Below are positions 1 through 12,771 of a DNA stretch of 64,000 nt, in pieces. The notes under the pieces were generated by a model, which was not told where the DNA came from, did no database searches, and worked only from the letters and a program-made list of their open reading frames with translations. The position numbers and the translations under genes were made by a program. The first letter of the stretch is position 1. Each line of letters begins with the position of its first letter. Origin of the DNA: Gekko japonicus (Eukaryota); assembly GCF_001447785.1 (NCBI RefSeq), contig NW_015165238.1, positions 343,633 through 407,632 of the forward strand, written 5' to 3'.

Positions 1-204
1 TTCCTCCCCATGACTAGATAGTGCTTGCATGCAGTCAACCTTCTGACCAAGGATGCTTTTGAGATTTACAGGAACCAGGAATTTGTAGATTAACAGTGGG
101 ATCCAGCCAGCCTTTTCACTCAGTTTTGGCCAGTTCCCCTTCTTGTTACAGCCCATATCCCATGTTCCCTAGCAGTACCTTTTTTGGGTGTTTACTTAAT
201 AGTT

Positions 205-400
205 TTCTTCACTTACAACGTATCTTTGTTCCCAGTGGGGACTCAAAGTGACTTACATTGTTTTCTTCTCTTCCATATTATCCTCAGTATGACCCTGTGA
301 AGTAGTTTTTGCTGAGAGTGTGTGGCTGGCCCAAGTTTCCATGGCAGAGTGGAGATTCAAACCTGGTTGTCCCAAATCCTACTCCAGCACTCTAACCATG
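205..400 (-). mobile_element. Degenerate Squam3-like SINE
   Basis: Reverse complement resembles the SINE at 17451/60400 (ggtttgaatctccactctgccatgg, tcacagggtc). Confidence 0.65.
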
Positions 401-1661
401 ACTAGTAAAGAGAAATTCTCTTAATTCCTCTTTACCTAATTTCTACCTGGAATCCAACGATCTATTTTTCTCCCTCTTTTTAGGAATCTGGAATCTGTTC
501 CTAATGAACTCCATTTTGATTAAAGAGAAATCCAAAGAGTAGAGTGGCAGGAAGGGAACTTCTGCAAGATTTTGTAATTTCATTCTGCAGATGCTGAGAG
601 GCAGGAAATGTCTTCCCAAACCCTATCCTCCTGCTAGAACACCACCCTCTGGTATGTAACATAAAATAACTTCAAGGGATGAAGCTAAACAAGGTACACT
701 GATTTCTCTTCAAAGAGAAATGAAAGGGAAATCCCTCTTTTAAGGAAAACAAAAACCAGGAGGAATGAATAATGATATTTCAAAAAGTGAATTTCAGCTC
801 TCAAATGGTTCCCTCAGAAACTTGGTCATTTTAAAATCTTCAGTTCAGGCCTCAGAAGTGGCCTAGTATAAGTTCCCAGAGACAGAGAGAGACTTTGCTA
901 AGCAGAGCAAGCTGACCTTGTTATTCTTAGATAAGCCTGCAGCTGTGTAAGGGAGTGTGTTTCACCTGTGGAAAAAGGGGTCAAGACCATCTGCAGTGGG
1001 TTTTGGTTCCTTTCACCCTGGTCAAGTTATCCTATAGGTCAATTGCCCATCAGTAGGGAGCTGTGTCATCAGTAAAGGTTTTCCTTGGTTCAACAGGCCT
1101 GAGACCATGATACCCCTTCCTCATAAAGAAGTTACATTTTCCATTCAGTGTGTGCCTGATGGTGACTACCACACCATGCAGTTGCTGTTATTCTTCTGTC
1201 ATCCATCTTGATTGCTTGCTCAGGAGGGCCAAACAGTATGCTTGCCCTGGCTGACTCTGGAGGGAGAGCTGCTTTGATGCTGAGAGCCTTCAGCCTGAGA
1301 TGAAATAACAATTGGTACCTTAGAACCATTGTATTACTGTGTTAGCTAGTGTTTTAATTCTAAGATTTCTTGTTTTCCCTCACAGTTGTGTTTTAATGTA
1401 TCCGTGCTTGTGGTTTCTGCCTTCAACTGAACTCAACCCAAATTCAGTGTTTAGACCCAGTGACCGCCTACCAGCTAGCTTGATTGGTGCTTGGAAACTT
1501 GTTTTGCAGGCCCATCCTGCAGGGTTCACTCCCTTGGTTAAACCCCTGAGGGGCTAGGAGATTTGCTCTTTTGCTCCTAAGCCATGGGGCTGGTGGTAGC
1601 CTACCTGACTAGTAAAAGGTTAGCCATACCTTAGGATTTGGTAATTGTGTTGTGCTCCAAT

Positions 1662-1868
1662 CAATGCTCCCTCTAAGCCGTGGAGTCTTGTGAGCAAAAA
1701 TTCTACTTTGTGAGCTACTAACATTAAAGTTGTGAGTGAGTGATTGGGCTACTGCATAAATTAGTTTGCTCTGGAACCATCCTTCCTAAGCTAAGACAAA
1801 AATGTGTGAGTCAGAGGCTAAAAAACCTGTGAGCTAGCTCACACTAACTCAATTTAGAGGGAACACTG
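1662..1868 (+). mobile_element. ~206-bp hAT MITE
   Basis: TIR caatgctccctcta / tagagggaacactg; degenerate 8-bp TSD gctccaat/gctgcagt; same family at 10921 and 17600. Confidence 0.88.
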
Positions 1869-2040
1869 GCTGCAGTCGTTCTACCCAAAGGTCCTTTAGC
1901 CCAGGCTGGACTGGGGACCATTGACAGACCCCTTTTTCTTTCTTTTCTTTGACTAAGAGGAAAGCTGGTTGGATGCAACCCTTCATTTTCCTCCTTCTGC
2001 TACTTCCCCCTCCCCCAACTGATAATATTTGATGATCATG

Positions 2041-2561
2041 GGCTGCGGTCACACGGAGCATTAGCCATGTTACAGAGATGGAAGATAGGCAGATTTTCCA
2101 GGCAACATCTGGGAAGCGTAGAGCTCCTGTGGCTAACCCGAGGCTTCCCGCCAAAGATGTGTCGTAAAAAACTAGTACCTCCGAGGTACTACTTTCCAGA
2201 AACCGTGGGGCAAGGGCGGGCATCTGATCGCATTTCTGGTGGTAGTTTGTGGCATCTGGCGCCCGCCCATGTCCCGTTTTTTTCCCCAAGTCTCCATGGG
2301 ATGCACACAAGCACCCAACGGCACATGCACACACTTCGGTTTTTTTAAAAAACCACAACCCCGTTTGCCACGGCAGCAGCACCTAGCCATTGCTGCTGTG
2401 ATTGCACCGCACCACTTCTTTGCCGCGCCACAGGATTGTCGTGTGATCAGCACCTCCCCCCAAACCACGGGACGTCTGATCCGACGGCCGTGCATTAGTT
2501 TTCTCCAGGGCAAACAGCCACGCTCCCCCCCCCACATTTTCTGGCCCATGTGACCGGGGTC
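2041..2561. mobile_element. Harbinger-like MITE with termini related to the 12722 element
   Basis: TIR ggctgcggtcacacgg / gaccccggtcacatgg; 3-bp TSD ATG; CpG-rich. Confidence 0.75.
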
Positions 2562-2989
2562 ATGGCAGATTTTTGGGCCACCAAGAGAACTTGTTTTGCT
2601 CCTTCCCTTAAACTGCCACAATGTGAGTTGAGCACTGGAGGGGGGGCAAGAGTGGCCATTTCTATTTGCAGCAAGTCATTTAGATGTGGCCCATTTTCCA
2701 CTACCACAGATCCCACTGTCTGAATGAAAGAAGCAGCCTCTTACCAGCACAGCCAACCAGAATCAAAGGCAGGACGAGCCAAGACCAGAGCAGAAAAGAA
2801 AAACAGCATAACAATTCAAATATGAGTTGTGAGTTTTCTCTGCTATGCATTCACTTGCTTTGCAGTTTTGGCTGAGAAGCGCCAACTGTCCCTAACTGTG
2901 CAAAATGGACATAGAATTCCCCAAACCAGCTGTCACAACTACACTCTCTTTTGTTGTTGTTAGATAAAGTGTGTCTTTAACTTTGTCTT

Positions 2990-3856
2990 TAACTATGGAG
3001 GGATCGTGCCACTTTCTCAGTGCAACTCCAATGACAGAGGGGATATAACGTTTTAATCCCACATCTCTGGAATCATGCCACAGAGGTGGCATGCTCCATC
3101 CATTGAAGGAAAGGCAATTGTCTTCCCTTCAGTGAGAAGAGTGGGCCACCTTGATGGCCACCAGGGACTTTAAACCCCCTCCTCTCTGGAGTAATACTGT
3201 GGCAATGGGACATTCCATCTATTGAAGGGAAGGGAAATTACCTTCTTTCAACGGAAGGAGCATGCCACCACTTGACTCCAAAGAATGGGGGTTAAATGCC
3301 TTCCCGATCTCTTCCCCCTTCTCCAGCTGGCCTGCAGCTGGGAAAGGAAGCAAAGTGGGGAGGGGCATTTAAACATGCTTCCCCTCCCATCCCCAGGCTG
3401 TCTGGGGAAGGGAGGAAAGATCAGAAAATTACCTTCTTTCAGCCACCACTTGACTTCAGAGAATGGGGGTTAAATGCCTTCCCAATCTCTTCCCCCTTCT
3501 CCAGCTGGCCTGCAGCTGGGAAAGCAAGCAAAGTAGGGAGGGGCATTTAAACATGCTTCCCCTCCCATCCCCAGGCTGTCTGGGGAAGGGAGGAAAGATC
3601 AGCCCCTCTGCAGGCCATTTAAACGTAGAAGCTGACGGACTGCCTGTCAGCTTTTAGTTTTGAATGCCCCGCAGCTCCAGTAAGGTGAATGCACCGGAAT
3701 AGAAGCTGAATAAAATCAATTTATATTTGGGATTATCTGATTGGTTTGCCAAATCAGATTAGAAAATCTGATTCTGCTGAATAAATGCCCCAAAAATACA
3801 GATAAGGTATTTGTCAGGTATTTATTCAGTTTGGCTTAGTTGAAAGCACATCCCTA
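2990..3856. mobile_element. hAT-like remnant with internal 178-bp tandem duplication (3268-3600)
   Basis: Right end gcacatcccta (TAGGGATGTGC type); two near-identical 178-bp units; left end not identified. Confidence 0.5.
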
Positions 3857-4269
3857 AATCACAGTGATTCCCTAGTACTGGATAAGAAATAGTGGTGGAG
3901 GTATACACAGTGTTGGAATGCAGAACAAAGTTATAGAGACGATTAGTGTATTTTATACCATTTATGGATGCACCTAGAGGAAGACAGAAACAAAGACTGG
4001 GAAATAAACAGATAAATATTTTTGGGAATTTAGTGGAACATTTTAATAAAAACGCATAATACTAAACTCAGTACTGATAATAGATTAATGACAGTAGAAA
4101 GTGTAGAATGTGCTATCTGTATAACAGTTTGTTATATGTGAAGCTAAAGAAAAAGACCTTGATAAGTGAATTTCCAGTGTGATAGGAGAAGAAGCCAGAG
4201 TGGTAGGGAAAACACAAAGTATAATTTAATGACACTGCTCATTTTGCCTACAACAGAAAAAAAAATAAT

Positions 4270-4660
4270 TTAAATATGCAACCAATTACTGTGCTTGAGG
4301 TCCTTTGAATTTGATTACATCAGCAACAAAATTGTCTACAGTCAATGTAATGTCTGAATCCATGCCTGCCAGAAGTTTCGTAACTTTATCTGGTCTTGAG
4401 AGTCCCTTATTATTGCAGAAAAGTGGAGTAATCCACAAATCCTTAATACTGCAAAAGGTATTGCATTCCAGTAACCACTGCTCTGGAATTTCTGTCTGTC
4501 CAGAAGCACAGCCACAAAGTCTGAGTATGGAGTCCTTTGCATTCAACCTTGCATTACTTGAGAAGGGATATAATCTATTCTTGCAAGCATAAATGCTCTC
4601 TTGTATCAAGGAAAAGTTTAAAAATCTAGATATGGTAAGGGTGCCTTTGGGTAAGACAAT
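4270..4660 (-). mobile_element. Degraded 3' end of a non-LTR retrotransposon ORF2
   Basis: YKRAFMLARIDYIPS, then RLCGCASGQTE...LLEC (C-terminal zinc-knuckle-like region) across a frameshift. Confidence 0.65.
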
Positions 4661-5039
4661 CCTAAAAATAACTGGGTGTATTCCCTATGGGCTTTCTTCA
4701 TGGTGCTGATAAAATCCGTTGTACAGACATTTATTCACCACAGAACATGTTCCAGATCTTCCCAATATCTTGCATTATCTTATATGGCAAAAAGAATTTT
4801 CAGCCAAAGTATACAGTGCTATCCTATGTAGAGTTCGTCCCATAGATTCTATGGGTTGATACTGGCATAACTCTTAAAAGGATTGCACTGTAATAGTGTC
4901 AAAATTAAGAATGGATGAGTCTAAAAATAACAAAAAAATGGCTATGAGAAAAAAAAGTCAATCGTTGTAAAGTACTTTGTAAATGGAAATAGCAATTAAC
5001 AGCTGGGAAAAGACATAAAGTCACCATAATGGTGATACC

Positions 5040-6032
5040 TCATCCCCTTGTTAGCAGCAAAGTGTTCTGTTCCTTTTTTTCATTGGAACAGACAAATCTA
5101 CCCAAAGCCCTTCTTAAAGACTCCTTCACTTCTTTGTTCCTCAGACTGTATATGAGGGGATTCACCATGGGGGTCAGAACTGTGTATGGGACAGAAAACA
5201 CCTTTTTAAGGTCTCTGAGTGTGCTGGTGTTTGGCAAGATATAGACAATTGTTAATGTTCCATAGAAAATGGTGACCACTATGAGGTGAGAGGAGCAGGT
5301 GGCGAATGCTTTTTCTCTGCCAGTGGTGGATGAAATTCTAAAGATGGCAGTGATTATGAATACATAGGAGGTGATGGTCAGTATGAATGGAGGTAAGATA
5401 TCAATTGACCCAAATGTGAGAGTAAATAATTTAACGTGGCTTCTCTCACTGCAGGAGAGTTGAAGCAATGGGCTCAAGTCACAAAAGAAGTGGTCAATTT
5501 CATTGGGGCCACAGAATGCTAACTGTGAAAGCATAGATGTGATAATAATTAATGTGGCTGCCGCAGACAGCCAAGACCCTACTACCAGGTACATGATGAC
5601 CCTGTCACTCATAATAGTTGCATAATGAAGTGGTTTACATATGGCAACATACCTATCGAAAGACATCACCGAGAGGAGGTAGCATTCCACAATGACAAGA
5701 CAACCAAAGAAAAAAAGTTGTGTGAAACAGCCTGAGACAGAAATGGATTTGTCCCCAGTGAGAAAACCTGCCAACATCTTAGGCAGAATGGTTGAGCTAT
5801 AGCAGACCTCCAAGAAGGACAAATTCCCCAGGAAATAGTACATGGGAGTGTGAAGGTGCTGATCTGATGCAACCAAGGTAATAACAAGGATATTTCCTGC
5901 CATGGTAAAAATGTAGATCACCACAAGCACCAGGAAAAGAAGAGTCTGGAACTCTTCAGCTTCTCCAAGTCCCAACAAAATGAATTCCGTGATGGCTGTG
6001 TGGTTCCACTGTTCAGAGGTGGCGATCTGCAT
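5040..6032 (-). CDS. Olfactory receptor, class II (family 6/10/11-like), intact 330 aa
   Basis: Motifs LHTPMYYFL, MSFDRYVAIC, HFFCD, KAFATCSSH, PMVNPLIYSLRN; N-terminal NHT sequon; pyrimidine tract+AG (ttcttttcccccag) directly before ATG. Confidence 0.97.
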   Translation of the reverse strand: MQIATSEQWNHTAITEFILLGLGEAEEFQTLLFLVLVVIYIFTMAGNILVITLVASDQHLHTPMYYFLGNLSFLEVCYSSTILPKMLAGFLTGDKSISVSGCFTQLFFFGCLVIVECYLLSVMSFDRYVAICKPLHYATIMSDRVIMYLVVGSWLSAAATLIIITSMLSQLAFCGPNEIDHFFCDLSPLLQLSCSERSHVKLFTLTFGSIDILPPFILTITSYVFIITAIFRISSTTGREKAFATCSSHLIVVTIFYGTLTIVYILPNTSTLRDLKKVFSVPYTVLTPMVNPLIYSLRNKEVKESLRRALGRFVCSNEKKEQNTLLLTRG

Positions 6033-7363
6033 CTGGGGGAAAAGAACTATATTGAATTAAATTATTTAATTAGCTTGGAGAACATTTTACCGTGCACTGA
6101 TTTTTGAAACAAGTGTGATAATTGTACTTTTTGATACCCCAGGTGTATTCCAGCCTGAGCTCAGTGAAAGAATGATTAGATACCAGGGTGACCGATGAAG
6201 TAGTAAAGGTTACAGCATGCAGTACATCTTTAAAAATCATTGAATTAACTTTTTTTAAAGTCTCAACCCCCCTAAGCAGATGTTTAGGATCCTGTCGAAG
6301 TGTACTCAATGGAGTTTACTACCAGCTAAGTGTTCGCAGGATTGTATTATAATTATGAGAGTAGCAAGAGTCTTGGAGACACATCTGTAGCCATCCAGTA
6401 GCTAATCTATCTGCATTCCTTCTTCCAATTAGAGAAATTCTTTCGAAGCCTCTTGAGCTTAGATAAACAATGTTGTTTATGCTTTTTCAATATTGTCCTT
6501 AGGTGTGGTGGCTTGGATGAATATTTGGAGGTTATAGTTTGTTGTATGAAGAATTTAAAGGAGGTGGAGGAATCCTGCAGACTCCTCTGTGCTTAGCTAG
6601 GTTTTCAGGGCAGCAAATCTGGGACAAAATTTAGAATGTATAAAAAAAATGAATCCAGATTTGTTCTCTGGACCTAGCTCCTCCCTTACTCATTGAGCAC
6701 ATTCCAGGACAGCTATAGCCTGAAAGTGGTGTCAAAACTGCTATAGCACTGCTGAATCTCAATAGTTCTTGCATGATGGTTTATCATTAAGTATGACAGT
6801 TCTTACTGTAAGAGCAGGAACCAACAGATCTGTTTTCATTGCATTTCCTTCCATGTACCTAAAATTCTAAGCTGTCATTGAACTGCTGATTCCTGATTAT
6901 TATTATTTTTTTACTGCAAGGAGAAAAACATAAAACAAAACGATAACCAGGAATGGATTTACCTTAAGCAAAGAATGCTGAGTGCTTTAGCTTCTTCAAC
7001 CAGAGTGGCGGAAGCTGATATGTTTTTTCATTAGCCTCATCTCCACCTTGGAGACGCCAAAGCTTTTCACAAGATTTTCAACATAGTGAATCTGTTCTCG
7101 TCTTTGTCTTGACAACATGTTGCCTTCCAAAGCGAAACAGCTAAGATCTCCAACCTGGAACGAGCAGTTAAAATGAAGAAGAATTCATTCTTATATTAAA
7201 AGTTCAGCTTTCCCTTGTGATGGTTTGTGCCTAATCCTGATTACAGTAGTTTATTAACATAGTGGTCTTCCTAAATGATAGCAAGCTGATCAGAACTTTA
7301 GGGCATTTTTAATAGCATGTCCCTCATCTCAAGGTAAAAATAAAGAAGAAGAGAAACACATAA

Positions 7364-7380
7364 TCCCCTGAGATTAATTA
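7364..7380 (-). promoter_or_regulatory. Candidate composite EBF + homeodomain (Lhx2-type) site for the minus-strand OR
   Basis: TCCCCTGAGA immediately followed by TTAATTA; candidate 5'UTR donor at 6961-62 and acceptor at 6033-34. Confidence 0.45.
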
Positions 7381-7880
7381 CCACATAAACAATTTGTTGA
7401 TGAAGTTCTCTTGTAAAGAAAAGAAAGGAAGAGTGTTTCCAGCTTGTGAGAAGAGATGAGTGAATATTCCCAGTTTTTTGTATTTCTGTAACACTAGATC
7501 TGTTAATCAACTGTCCAGCTCCCATACAGATGATGAAAATTATCAGTCTTCCTCCACACAACTAGATAGTACATGCAGACAGTCTTGTGACCAAGGATGC
7601 TTTTGATATTTCAATTCTTGCTATTTGGACTGGATGATTCTTATTTTGGGATAGGATCAAGCCAACTTTTTCAATCCAGTCCCAGAGCAGTGTATTTGGG
7701 ACCAGAGACCTTAATGGAAAATCCATTCTGCATTTTCTTTGCAACTCTTCTTGATCTCTAGTGTATTTCAATGGAGCCCATGCAAGTCAATTGGCATTTC
7801 TAGCTCCCATTATTTCCAATGGGCCTTCAAGTCTCTCCCATTGTTTCCAATGGGCAATCCTGTCCTTCCTTTCAGTACAT

Positions 7881-8136
7881 CTCCGGTCAGGCAGCTGCAC
7901 CGTTATTGCCTGCTGTCCAGCAGTGGGGGGGGTGCACCAGAGGGAGTGCAATCTTCCGGTCAGGCAGCTGCACCGTTTGCCTGCTGTCCAGCAGTGGGGG
8001 GGGTGCACCAGAGGGAGTGCAATCTGCACAGCCTTCTGCCATGGAATGTGCTCACTCACCAGCTGCCTGGCCTGCACACCAATCCTGGGTCAGGGGCAGT
8101 TACAGCTCTGCAGTGGGAGTGCAAATCAGTGACACA

Positions 8137-8191
<55 letters not shown>
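7881..8191. repeat. ~73-bp tandem duplication followed by a (CA)n(GA)n microsatellite
   Basis: Two copies of tccggtcaggcagctgcaccgtt...gagggagtgcaatct; microsatellite 8132-8191. Confidence 0.9.
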
Positions 8192-8194
<3 letters not shown>

Positions 8195-8253
8195 CTTGGC
8201 TGGATCCAGCCCAGATTTTTGCTTCTGCCAAGGTTTTCCCAACTCATTAAGGA

Positions 8254-8698
8254 NNNNNNNNNNNNNNNNNNNNNNNNNNNNNNNNNNNNNNNNNNNNNNN
8301 NNNNNNNNNNNNNNNNNNNNNNNNNNNNNNNNNNNNNNNNNNNNNNNNNNNNNNNNNNNNNNNNNNNNNNNNNNNNNNNNNNNNNNNNNNNNNNNNNNNN
8401 NNNNNNNNNNNNNNNNNNNNNNNNNNNNNNNNNNNNNNNNNNNNNNNNNNNNNNNNNNNNNNNNNNNNNNNNNNNNNNNNNNNNNNNNNNNNNNNNNNNN
8501 NNNNNNNNNNNNNNNNNNNNNNNNNNNNNNNNNNNNNNNNNNNNNNNNNNNNNNNNNNNNNNNNNNNNNNNNNNNNNNNNNNNNNNNNNNNNNNNNNNNN
8601 NNNNNNNNNNNNNNNNNNNNNNNNNNNNNNNNNNNNNNNNNNNNNNNNNNNNNNNNNNNNNNNNNNNNNNNNNNNNNNNNNNNNNNNNNNNNNNNNNN
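8254..8698. other. Assembly gap (others: 14910-15426, 31816-32181, 36431-36495, 59211-59454)
   Basis: Runs of N. Confidence 1.
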
Positions 8699-9679
8699 TT
8701 TCCCAGAAACCATCCAGCTGAAAACAGTTGGGGTGGGATTCATGCCTTGGCCACACTTCTTGACCATAAAAAATAACTGTCACTTGAAACCTGACATAGT
8801 ACTACTACAACACCATACAAACATCAGTCACATTGCTGCTGTAGACTCCTGTCTTATGCCTACAGACCACAGCATCAATGATTTACCACCATGAGAACCT
8901 ACCAGACCAAAAAAAAAAAAAACCCTCACTCTTGAAGAACATTCTGAGGAAAAAACAACAAAAGTAACATACAACCATGGCAACTGGGCAAACCGAATTT
9001 CCACCAAAGACAAGTAATATAAAAACGAATGATGTGAACAACAAACTGCCCTATTTGGCATAGTGTGCAGAATGGAGACTGTGGAATTACAAAGGTACAA
9101 GGCAGTGCAGAACCCGTGTCCCATCTCAAAATGCTCTCTAAAGCAGGCAAGTGATATGGTATACTAGAGAGCCCCCAATCTTGTTCTGTTATCAAGCTAC
9201 CTGGGTGAAGTTGGGCTAGTCACCTCCATGCAGTCTCTCTTTCCTCCCCACCCCCCATTGCCTCTATCTGACATGCACTGCATCCCAGAGCAGGTGCTGC
9301 TGTGTTAGCCTTTGGCAGCAATAACCAAAGAAAAGAGCTGTGTGACACTGTAACGACTGGCAAACTTATCATAGCATAATGTTTTATGGCTATAAGCCCA
9401 TGTTGCCAGATGCAGTGGAACATATGGATGCACTGAGTCCTGAGCTACATTGAATAGCAAAGCCTGTTGTTCTTATTTAGAACATTTCAGTTTCTGAGAG
9501 CAGAAATGGTCAGGACTCATGCTGTGGTCTCCTGTCCTTATGTTACCAATAATGGCACTTCAGCTGCCACATTAATCAGACTAAAAGGCCTGCTGGAAAA
9601 GGAAGGTCTTATTTTTTTTATGCTCCCCCCCTCCCCAAGGTTCAATACTTCCAGTGAGAAGAAGCCATTAAAGCAGATG

Positions 9680-10018
9680 ATCTCCCCAAAGAATTGGGAT
9701 ATTGTCTTCTTAATATTCACTTCCCCCTGAGAATTTGAATGGTTGCTAGTAGATGAGGCTGCTTATAAAAACCATAAATTGGCTGCTGAATAAAATGGAA
9801 AGCTCAGATCAGTAGATAACACTGAAAGATTAATTTTAACAAGGAAATCTTATTAATAGCAGGACTTTGAAAGCACTAGGTACAGGATGGATAGGGCTAA
9901 GGTGGTGAGATTGAAGACCTGAAGAATACATTTTATGTGAGCCTTTTGCCCCAATGCTTTCTTGAGAAATGCCAAAACAAAACATCAGATGTTAATGTAT
10001 TCAAGATATAAGGTAAGA
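9680..10018 (+). promoter_or_regulatory. Candidate promoter and 5'UTR exon of the 11794 OR
   Basis: O/E-like tccccctgaga (9722), TATAAAA (9764), donor AG|GTAAGA (10012/13). Confidence 0.4.
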
Positions 10019-10920
10019 ACACTTGAGACTTCTTTATCACAGATTAATTCATCACTGAGACTCAAATGGGATTGTAGAATATAGAACAAAAATTGTAATT
10101 ATCTAATGGACAATGTAATAGGACTAGGAAATAAAATGGAATGATGATGTGAACAGCACACTGCACTAATTGGCAGAGTACAAACAATGCAGAATGTGGA
10201 ATGACAAAGGTGTAGGATAATGCAGTACCCACTCCCCATTTCAAGATGCTCTAAACCAGGCAAACAATATGGTGTAGCAGTTACAGTGCCTCTGATCCTC
10301 CTCTGTTATAAGCCTACCTGGTTGAGCTTGGGCCAGTCACCCTCCTTTCTTCCCCCATCTGACACACATTCCATCCCAAGAACAGGAGCTTCTGAGTTAG
10401 CCTTTGGCAGCAATAACCAAAGAAATAACCTGTATGACACCATAACTACTAGCAAATCTATTGTAGTGTAAGGTTTTGTGGCAATGACCCCATGTTACCT
10501 GATGCAGTGGAACATACTGATGTAATGAGTTCTGAGCTCTGTTGAACAGCAAAGCCTGATTGTTCTTCTTCAGACTGTCTCAGTTTCTGAGAGCAGAAAT
10601 GTTCAGGACGTTGAGTTGAAATCCTTCCGATGCTGGCATGTGTTACATCAGTGGTTTGATGGTTCCTCCCTCCCTCCCCCCACAGGGAGGAAGCAGCTCT
10701 AGCTTTGCCTTCATCTCAACATACTATTTTAATGTATGGGGAGGCCTTTAAAAATAAAAAAGTGTAGGAACATTCAAGCATTCACCTTTTTAACCTGAAG
10801 ACAGAAATGATAGAACAGCCCTACAAAAGAATTAGGAATGTCCTTTTCTGATTTGAGACATACATCGTAGAATTTCAGGTATTCCATTCAGATTCATCAG
10901 TAGAAGCAAAGGGTCACACC

Positions 10921-11126
10921 CAATGTTCCCTCTAAGCTGTGGAGTCTTGTGAGAAAAAATTCTGCTTTGTGAATTACTGGTTTTAAAGTTGTGAGCCAAT
11001 GATCTGGCTACTGCATAAATCAGTTAGCTCTGGAGCCCTCCTTCCTGAGCCACGGCAAAAGTGTGTGAGCTGGAGGCTAAAAAATTGTGAGCTAGCTCAC
11101 ACTAACTCAGCTTAGAGGGAACACTG
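10921..11126 (+). mobile_element. ~206-bp hAT MITE
   Basis: TIR caatgttccctctaag; perfect 8-bp TSD gtcacacc. Confidence 0.92.
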
Positions 11127-11793
11127 GTCACACCCAGCCTGGATTGCACATTCAACCTTTTTCATGACTTTTACATCTGTTTTACATTTACATGGTACTT
11201 CCTGCATCCTCTCCTTCCCCTTCCTCTTTCCACCTATATATCTCTGGCCAGTTTCTTCATACCCTCCATGCATCTGACGAACAGAGCATCTCTTCATGAA
11301 AGAACAATTTAGCTTTCTGACATGAATTGACCAGGCAATGAAGTGACTATTAAATGAATGTCTTGTCAAAATCTGATCCAATTTTGTATGGTATGGGATT
11401 TTTTATGGTTTTAGTAGCTAAGGCTTGTAGAATACTTTTTTTCTCATTTGGAAGATGCTATAGGAATCATGGCATAGGATAGTTTATTATCATGGCAGCC
11501 CTAAGCAGCGTTACACCCTTCTAAGCCCACTGAAGTCAATGCCATAGGAAGGCATAGTTGAAACAACACGAATGTCACTGTAGGGTTAATGGAATAGCAT
11601 CTCTTCATGAAAGAACAATTTAGCTTTCTGAGATGAATTGACCAGGCAATGAAGTGACTGGTTGGTGAAAACTGTTTTTCTTCCTCTCCTGCATGACAGA
11701 CCCCCTGCAGAACTGCTAATCCTTTAAATGTTTTGAATTAGAATTATATCTAATACTTCCTGATACATTCTTCTGTTTCAGAGGTACCTGAGC

Positions 11794-12771
11794 ATGAATT
11801 CAGAAGAAGGAAACCAAACAAGCCCTACAGAATTCATCCTCCTAGACTTCAATATCAAAGATCTACAGATTCTACTTTTTATACTGTTCCTTCCTATCTA
11901 CCTTGTGACCATGGTGGGAAACATCCTCCTTGTTGTGCTTGTGTTCATTGATCAGCACCTTCACACCCCCATGTACTTCTTCCTGGGGAATTTGTCCTTC
12001 TTGGAGACCTGCTACAGCTCAACCATTATGCCGAGAATGCTGATCAGATTTCTAAGTGGGGATAAAGGCATTTCCATAGGTGGCTGCATTGCCCAAATGT
12101 ATTTCTTCGGGTTTCTTGCAACCACTGAATGTTATTTTCTTGCAGTAATGTCTTATGACCGTTATTTGGCAATATGCAGGCCGTTGCATTATGCAATGCT
12201 CATGAATGGAAGAATCTGCATCCTCTTGATTGCTGTTTCCTGGATATTTGGAGCACTGAAACTTGGTATTGTAATATTTTTGGTGTCTCGGTTGACTTTC
12301 TGTGGACCCAACAAAATTAATCATTTCTTCTGTGATTTCACCCCAGTGATAAGGCTCTCTTGTGATGACACCTATGTAGTTGAAATGACCCTCCTGATAT
12401 TCTCCTCCATAGGCACTCTGTTCCCACTGGTCATAATTGTCATATCTTATGTTAGCATCATTAAGAGTATATTGAGAATCCCATCCACTACTGGGAAACA
12501 AAAGGCCTTCTCCACTTGCTCTTCACACATCATTGTGGTGTCCTGTTTTTATGGGTCTTTGATGATAGTCTATGTCTTACCAAACACCAGCTCCCTGAGG
12601 GAGGTGAAGAAACTGTTCTCTCTGTTCTATACACTTCTCACCCCACTGGTCAATCCACTCATATATAGCTTGAGGAACAAAGAAGTAAAGGAAGCAATGC
12701 AGAAAAATTTCAAGATTCTTAGGTCCTTGCCACACGGCAGGGAAAACACCAGCCAAAGTGCGGCTAATTAG
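11794..12771 (+). CDS. Olfactory receptor, class II, intact 325 aa; last 16 aa come from a MITE
   Basis: LHTPMYFFL, MSYDRYLAIC, KAFSTCSSH, NPLIYSLRN; NQT sequon; acceptor ttctgtttcag 12 nt upstream of ATG. Confidence 0.97.
   Translation: MNSEEGNQTSPTEFILLDFNIKDLQILLFILFLPIYLVTMVGNILLVVLVFIDQHLHTPMYFFLGNLSFLETCYSSTIMPRMLIRFLSGDKGISIGGCIAQMYFFGFLATTECYFLAVMSYDRYLAICRPLHYAMLMNGRICILLIAVSWIFGALKLGIVIFLVSRLTFCGPNKINHFFCDFTPVIRLSCDDTYVVEMTLLIFSSIGTLFPLVIIVISYVSIIKSILRIPSTTGKQKAFSTCSSHIIVVSCFYGSLMIVYVLPNTSSLREVKKLFSLFYTLLTPLVNPLIYSLRNKEVKEAMQKNFKILRSLPHGRENTSQSAAN

Noticed and set aside
656-1630. Possible solo LTR starting TGTAAC
   Set aside because: No matching terminal CA with TSD could be defined
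7739-8894. Long ORFs spanning N-runs (also near 14749-15465, 31754-32281, 59015-59629)
   Set aside because: Artefacts of assembly gaps translated as X
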